Of a stretch of DNA of 39,481 nucleotides, positions 34,726-39,481 are shown one piece after another. How positions within the stretch are numbered: position 1 is the stretch's first letter; each line of letters opens with the position of its first letter. The translations under genes and the position numbers were made by a program. Origin of the DNA: Octopus bimaculoides (taxonomy: Eukaryota); NCBI RefSeq assembly GCF_001194135.2, contig NC_068989.1, forward strand, positions 22,947,107 to 22,986,587, in the 5' to 3' direction. A model generated the notes under the pieces. The model had not been told where the DNA came from. It worked only from the letters and a program-made list of their open reading frames with translations, and ran no database searches.

Positions 34726-35539
34726 ATCTATGACAATTGACAATATTATGATTAATAAACCACAGGGTGACATTATTTATTTTGCAAAACATGTGAAGTG
34801 GGGGTGTAAAACACCATACAATGAAAGGGGGTAATGGATTGGCAGAATTGTTAAAGAATTGTTAAACTAAATGCCTGCAACATTTAGTTATAACTGTTTA
34901 CTTTCAGAGTTCAAATCCTGTGAAAGCCAGCATTTGACTTTCATTCTCCTAGAGATGAATGAAATAAAGTAGTAGTGATGTAACTGGAATCGATTTAAAT
35001 TTCCTATACAGTGTTGCTGTACATTTGAATGGAATTATAATAGAAGCCTAATGGATATACAAATAGATATAGAATAAAAAGCAGAAAAGCATAAATTTCC
35101 TAAGTAGTTCAACAGCTGTTTCATTAGCAATAAAAAATCATTAAATCCATAATTATATAATTAAATTCCAGTACTCTAAGTTACTTCTGATCATTCAGCT
35201 GGTAATCTGAGCTAGTTTTCCCTTGAATTATTTATTGTCTGAATATATTTTGAAATAATATATGAAAGTTATGAAGGAAATGCTTATTGTTATGTTCTCC
35301 CTCCTTTTTATAAATACAAAAGCCTTGCGAGTGGCACATACAAAAATGGCCATCTCAAGCTTAAGTATTTCCTTTCATTTCTAAGTCTTATGCGAATACT
35401 TCAAATGACTTAAACTTCATACATACATACAGACAATAAATGTGTGTGTGTGTGTGTGTATACACACATGTATGTATATATAAAAACTCGACTCCATCGA
35501 CGGGTGCACCTAAGAGGTTCCCCTCCAGGGTACAAGTCT

Positions 35540-35840
35540 GGGCAGAAAGTTTCCTCACTGGCAAATGCACAACCTAGGGTTGTCTTTATTGAGGACCAGA
35601 AGTCACTCATGCATACCAGCCTCCCCTCTCCATGCCACTGGTGTTATCCAAGGGAAAAGCAAAGGCTGATACAGATTGGCACCAGTGACGTCACAATTCA
35701 TTTCTGCAGTTGAGTGAACTGGAGCAACATGAAATAAGGTGTCTTCCACAAGAACACAACATGCAGCCCGACCCAGGAATCGAACTCACAATCTCATGCT
35801 CGTAAGCTTGACACTCTTACCACTGAGCCATGTGTCTTCA
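35540..35840 (-). mobile_element. SINE C
   Basis: Reverse complement of 1-250 plus a tRNA head (ggaatcgaactcac B box, accactgagccatg A box). Confidence 0.8.
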
Positions 35841-35853
35841 CTGTATGTATGCA

Positions 35854-35931
<78 letters not shown>

Positions 35932-36439
35932 TATATATGCACATACTTGGAAATGGATGCGTGGCGTTCAATCAAATAATGATATAAATAATATATATAC
36001 ATATGCATATGGGTACAGGACGTCACCAACAGTAAACAACATGAAATACATCAGTTGTCAAGTGATGCTGGGGAGGACAAACACAGACACAGAAATACAT
36101 ATATACAAACATACATGCATATACATATATATATATATATATATATAGACTTCTCTATATATTTGTATTTTATTCGCATATATATTTCTACCTTCTGTGT
36201 TTTTATGTATATGTATATTTTTATATGTTTAAGAACCATGGTAATATTTATATATGGTCAAATGTTTGAGGTATGATGTTATATATAAATTCGTTGACTC
36301 AAATTTGATGTTTTTTCTATGATTAATTTTTTTTTTCATCTTTGACTCATTTACATTTGAGCACTTCTTTTTGCAGTCCTATAAACCCTTTTGTTTCCAT
36401 AAAAAAAGACAAAAATTATTTCTTGTCTTACATATATAT

Positions 36440-36795
36440 ATATCATCATCATCATCATCATCGTTTAATGTCCGCTTTCCATGCTAGCATGGGTTGGATG
36501 ATTTGACTGAGGACTGGTGAAACCAGATGGCTACACCAGGCTCCAATCTGATTTGGCAGAGTTTCTACAGCTGGATGCCCTTCCTAACGCCAACCATTCA
36601 GAGAGTGTAGTGGGTGTTTTACGTGTCATACATATATATGCCGGGCTTCTTTAAGTTTCTGTCTACCAAATCCACTCACAAGGCTTTGGTCAGTCTGAGA
36701 CTATAGTAGGAGACACTTGCCCAAGGTGCCATGCAGTGGCACTGAACCCAGAACCATGTGTTGGGAAGCAAGCTTCTTACCACACAGCCACGCTT
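36440..36795 (-). mobile_element. RTE 3' end (36440-36630) abutting a SINE-A head (36640-36795)
   Basis: RTE tail as at 14848-15002; A head ending ttaccacacagccacgcttgcgcc. Confidence 0.8.
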
Positions 36796-36799
36796 GCGC

Positions 36800-37721
36800 C
36801 TATATATAAATAAATATAAAAATGGAACAAAAACGCAATAGAGGACATTAAAACATTCAGACAGATAGACGATACAAAGGCGGACAAAAGAAACAGCAAT
36901 TAGAAGGACAGGCAAAAAAAAGACGGGTTATTCATGGCTTTCTTTCGTCAGTCAAGTTCCAGAAGTCACAACCATTTCGGGCAGTTACACTTGAGATGGT
37001 ACGATCTGGTTGCCCCCAAAAAAGTCTAAGCTAGGAGCATTAGACTCCTTTGTAAAAAAGCTAGTGAATGTGTACAGCAACAAAGACAAAAAAAATGGAG
37101 AACATGGTACACAATTATGAATACAAACAACAAGAAATAACAACAGGTGTCTTTCAACTGAGAATGGATCAAATTGAGCCGACGTGTATAAAATGAAAGC
37201 TTAAATGCAGGAACATAGGAGATGGACATAAGAGGTGTTGGCGGTTGGCAGTCAGGCCAAGAAAAAAAGATTATGGCTGGCCAGACACTGGTCACGTGGA
37301 TGGAGGAGAGATCAGTGGGGGGCAGTGGGATTGAAGGATTAGAAAAAAATCAGAGACAAAGAGAAAGGTACAGGGGAGATAAACGAGTGGGAAATAGTGG
37401 GAGTTAAAGAGAGGGCCAAGAAATGTGAAAGAGGAGGAGCGAGAAAAGGAAGAAAAGTCAGAGGGGGAATAAAAGATAGAGTAAGAGTCCTACAAAATTT
37501 AGATACATACCTACTATAAGATGAGCACAAGGGTGTACGTATGCCGCTAAATATATATATAAATAAATATAAAATGGAACAAAAACGCAACAGAGGACAT
37601 TAAAACATTTGGACAGATAGACGATACAAGGCTGGACAAGAGAAACAACAATTAGAAGTACAGGCAAATAAAGATGGGTCATTCGTGGCTTTCTTTCCTC
37701 AGTCAAGTTCCAGAAATCACG
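36800..37721 (-). mobile_element. Unclassified retroelement 3' end in partial tandem duplication
   Basis: 36801-36969 and 37553-37720 are ~170-bp direct repeats (roughly 90% identical by eye) ending in (TA)n on the minus strand; the second runs into an N gap. Confidence 0.55.
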
Positions 37722-38139
37722 NNNNNNNNNNNNNNNNNNNNNNNNNNNNNNNNNNNNNNNNNNNNNNNNNNNNNNNNNNNNNNNNNNNNNNNNNNNNNNN
37801 NNNNNNNNNNNNNNNNNNNNNNNNNNNNNNNNNNNNNNNNNNNNNNNNNNNNNNNNNNNNNNNNNNNNNNNNNNNNNNNNNNNNNNNNNNNNNNNNNNNN
37901 NNNNNNNNNNNNNNNNNNNNNNNNNNNNNNNNNNNNNNNNNNNNNNNNNNNNNNNNNNNNNNNNNNNNNNNNNNNNNNNNNNNNNNNNNNNNNNNNNNNN
38001 NNNNNNNNNNNNNNNNNNNNNNNNNNNNNNNNNNNNNNNNNNNNNNNNNNNNNNNNNNNNNNNNNNNNNNNNNNNNNNNNNNNNNNNNNNNNNNNNNNNN
38101 NNNNNNNNNNNNNNATATATATATATATATATATAAAAT

Positions 38140-38420
38140 CATCATTATCACCATCATCATATAAAATCTGTTTTCCATGCTGGCATGGGTTAGATGGTTT
38201 GATTGCAAACTCTTCAGTTTACTGAGGAGCTACACCAGGTTCCAATCTGATTTGGCATGTTTTCTACAGCTGGATGCCCTTCCTAACACCAACCACTCTA
38301 AAAGTGTAGTGAGTGCATAGGTACCAATTATGTAACACTGGCATCAGCCACAACTACGATCTCATTTGTCTTGACTGGCCTTCTCAAGCACAGTATATTG
38401 CCAAAGGTCTCAGTCACTTG
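38140..38420 (-). mobile_element. RTE LINE 3' end with last codons and 3' UTR
   Basis: Minus strand gacaagtgactgagacctttggcaatatactgtgcttgagaag (RTE xDRDLWxYxVLEK), then the same tail as 14848-15002. Confidence 0.75.
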
Positions 38421-39365
38421 TCCAGAATGTAAAACCCTATAAGGTTGCAAATATCAGCGCTGTCATATGCCCTCATTGCGACGTTGAAGGAGCCTTCAGG
38501 ATCAGTTTGTTTGACCTTGGTTGAATCCTGGTTGAACAGTAGTGTTTTCCTAGTGTGCATAATTATATCTATTTCTCAGTCACTTACGTCAGTAATTCAT
38601 CTAGCATATACTAATGCCTTATCAAGTAACATTTTCAATATCAATGGAGAAAAGTCTACTATATCGAATTGTATAAACTTAGCTCTAAAAGTGATTCATT
38701 TGGTCTCAAACCAATGTAACACCTCGATTGTGTTATGCCATGAAGAGAAATTAGATACCTTCCTTATGTCTTTATTAACCCTTCTTAGGATGTGTTTACT
38801 CACCAGTCCGATTTCAGACTTGGCACAGTTAATCAGGCACCATTTAGGGCTGGAAGCAAAGTTCAGGTTGTGATCCTTGACAGTTATAAAGGCATTACCT
38901 TTAGCTAGTATTTCTGCCCTGTTGGCAAATGTCTAGGTCGGTGGCTATTCGTCTTGCTTCATTATTGATGTTATCATAGGTATGTGGTGCAGCCCGTCTA
39001 TATTTTTGTGTGATGTTGTTCTCTAAGAGCCTGTTGTAGTGGTCATTATCTATCTTATAAAGGTTATTTGTCTTATCTGAAAATAGTAGCGTTCTATCTG
39101 TATTCTTAAGGAGGTGTATATCGGATCTAAGTCTACGTTGAAAGGTGGATGAGGACTTACAGAACTTAAGGTTTGGTATAATGCCCAACAGGTCTACTTC
39201 GAAAGCTTCAAGTTCTTTGATCTTGGGTGAGAATCTTCTAGACCTGATGTTAAAGTGGTCTTTGTCTGAGAGTGGTGCAGCTTGGGCAAAAAAAAATGCT
39301 TTCCACCTCATGCTTCTTATAATATATATCAATAATTTTTCAAAGTAGTATTCTTTTGCATAGCT
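38420..39365 (-). mobile_element. Penelope-like element (Naiad-type) ORF N-terminus plus RT motifs; pseudogenised and truncated before the YxDD motif
   Basis: RSMRWKAFFF..ELEAFEVDL..FQRRLRSDI..SDKTNNLY..LLENNIT.KY..INNEARRIA, a frameshift near 38925, then AFITVKDH.LNF..LINCAKSEIGLVSKHIL..W..T..V..WF..FIQFDIVDF..LL.KAL..IIMHTRKTLLF..FNVAMRAYDSADICNLIGFYIL. Three in-frame TGA codons. Confidence 0.85.
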
Positions 39366-39445
39366 TATATATATAGATGTAGATTTAGATATATACATAT
39401 GTGTATATATATATACACATACATACATATACATAGATGTGTGTG

Positions 39446-39481
<36 letters not shown>

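Noticed and set aside
38445-38873. Plus-strand 142-aa ORF
   Set aside because: Antisense shadow of the Penelope-like RT frame.

Overview
AT-rich, repeat-saturated eukaryotic DNA with assembly gaps. The SINE, RTE and microsatellite content looks like coleoid cephalopod, most likely Octopus (inference from pattern recognition, not a database hit). There are no prokaryotic features, CRISPR arrays or rRNA/tRNA genes, and almost all ORFs in the supplied track are microsatellite or repeat artefacts. The window is best read as intronic sequence of a minus-strand host gene. One well-supported exon (20153-20343) has canonical splice sites, a GCCATGG start and 45 codons (MASPSGLDSEEFPVLQNVFENGLPSVGALDGIMAHIDQKLHQNSR..); I cannot name the protein. 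A few weaker exon candidates lie on the same strand. The rest is mostly transposon debris: three tRNA-headed SINE families (here A, B, C), RTE LINE fragments, hAT- and piggyBac-type MITEs, a probable Dong/R4 3' end, and a decayed Penelope-like (Naiad-type) RT. The most unusual structures are an ~840-bp near-perfect palindrome (8008-8854), a head-to-tail array of 8 SINE-B copies containing a captured internal RT fragment, modular SINEs with an internal microsatellite, a SINE-donated splice donor, and in-frame TGA codons in the Naiad-like RT (probably CpG decay, but selenocysteine recoding is testable). I found no convincing wholly new system. Family letters are my own labels. Repeat boundaries are approximate (about +/-10-20 bp) unless a TSD or splice site is quoted.
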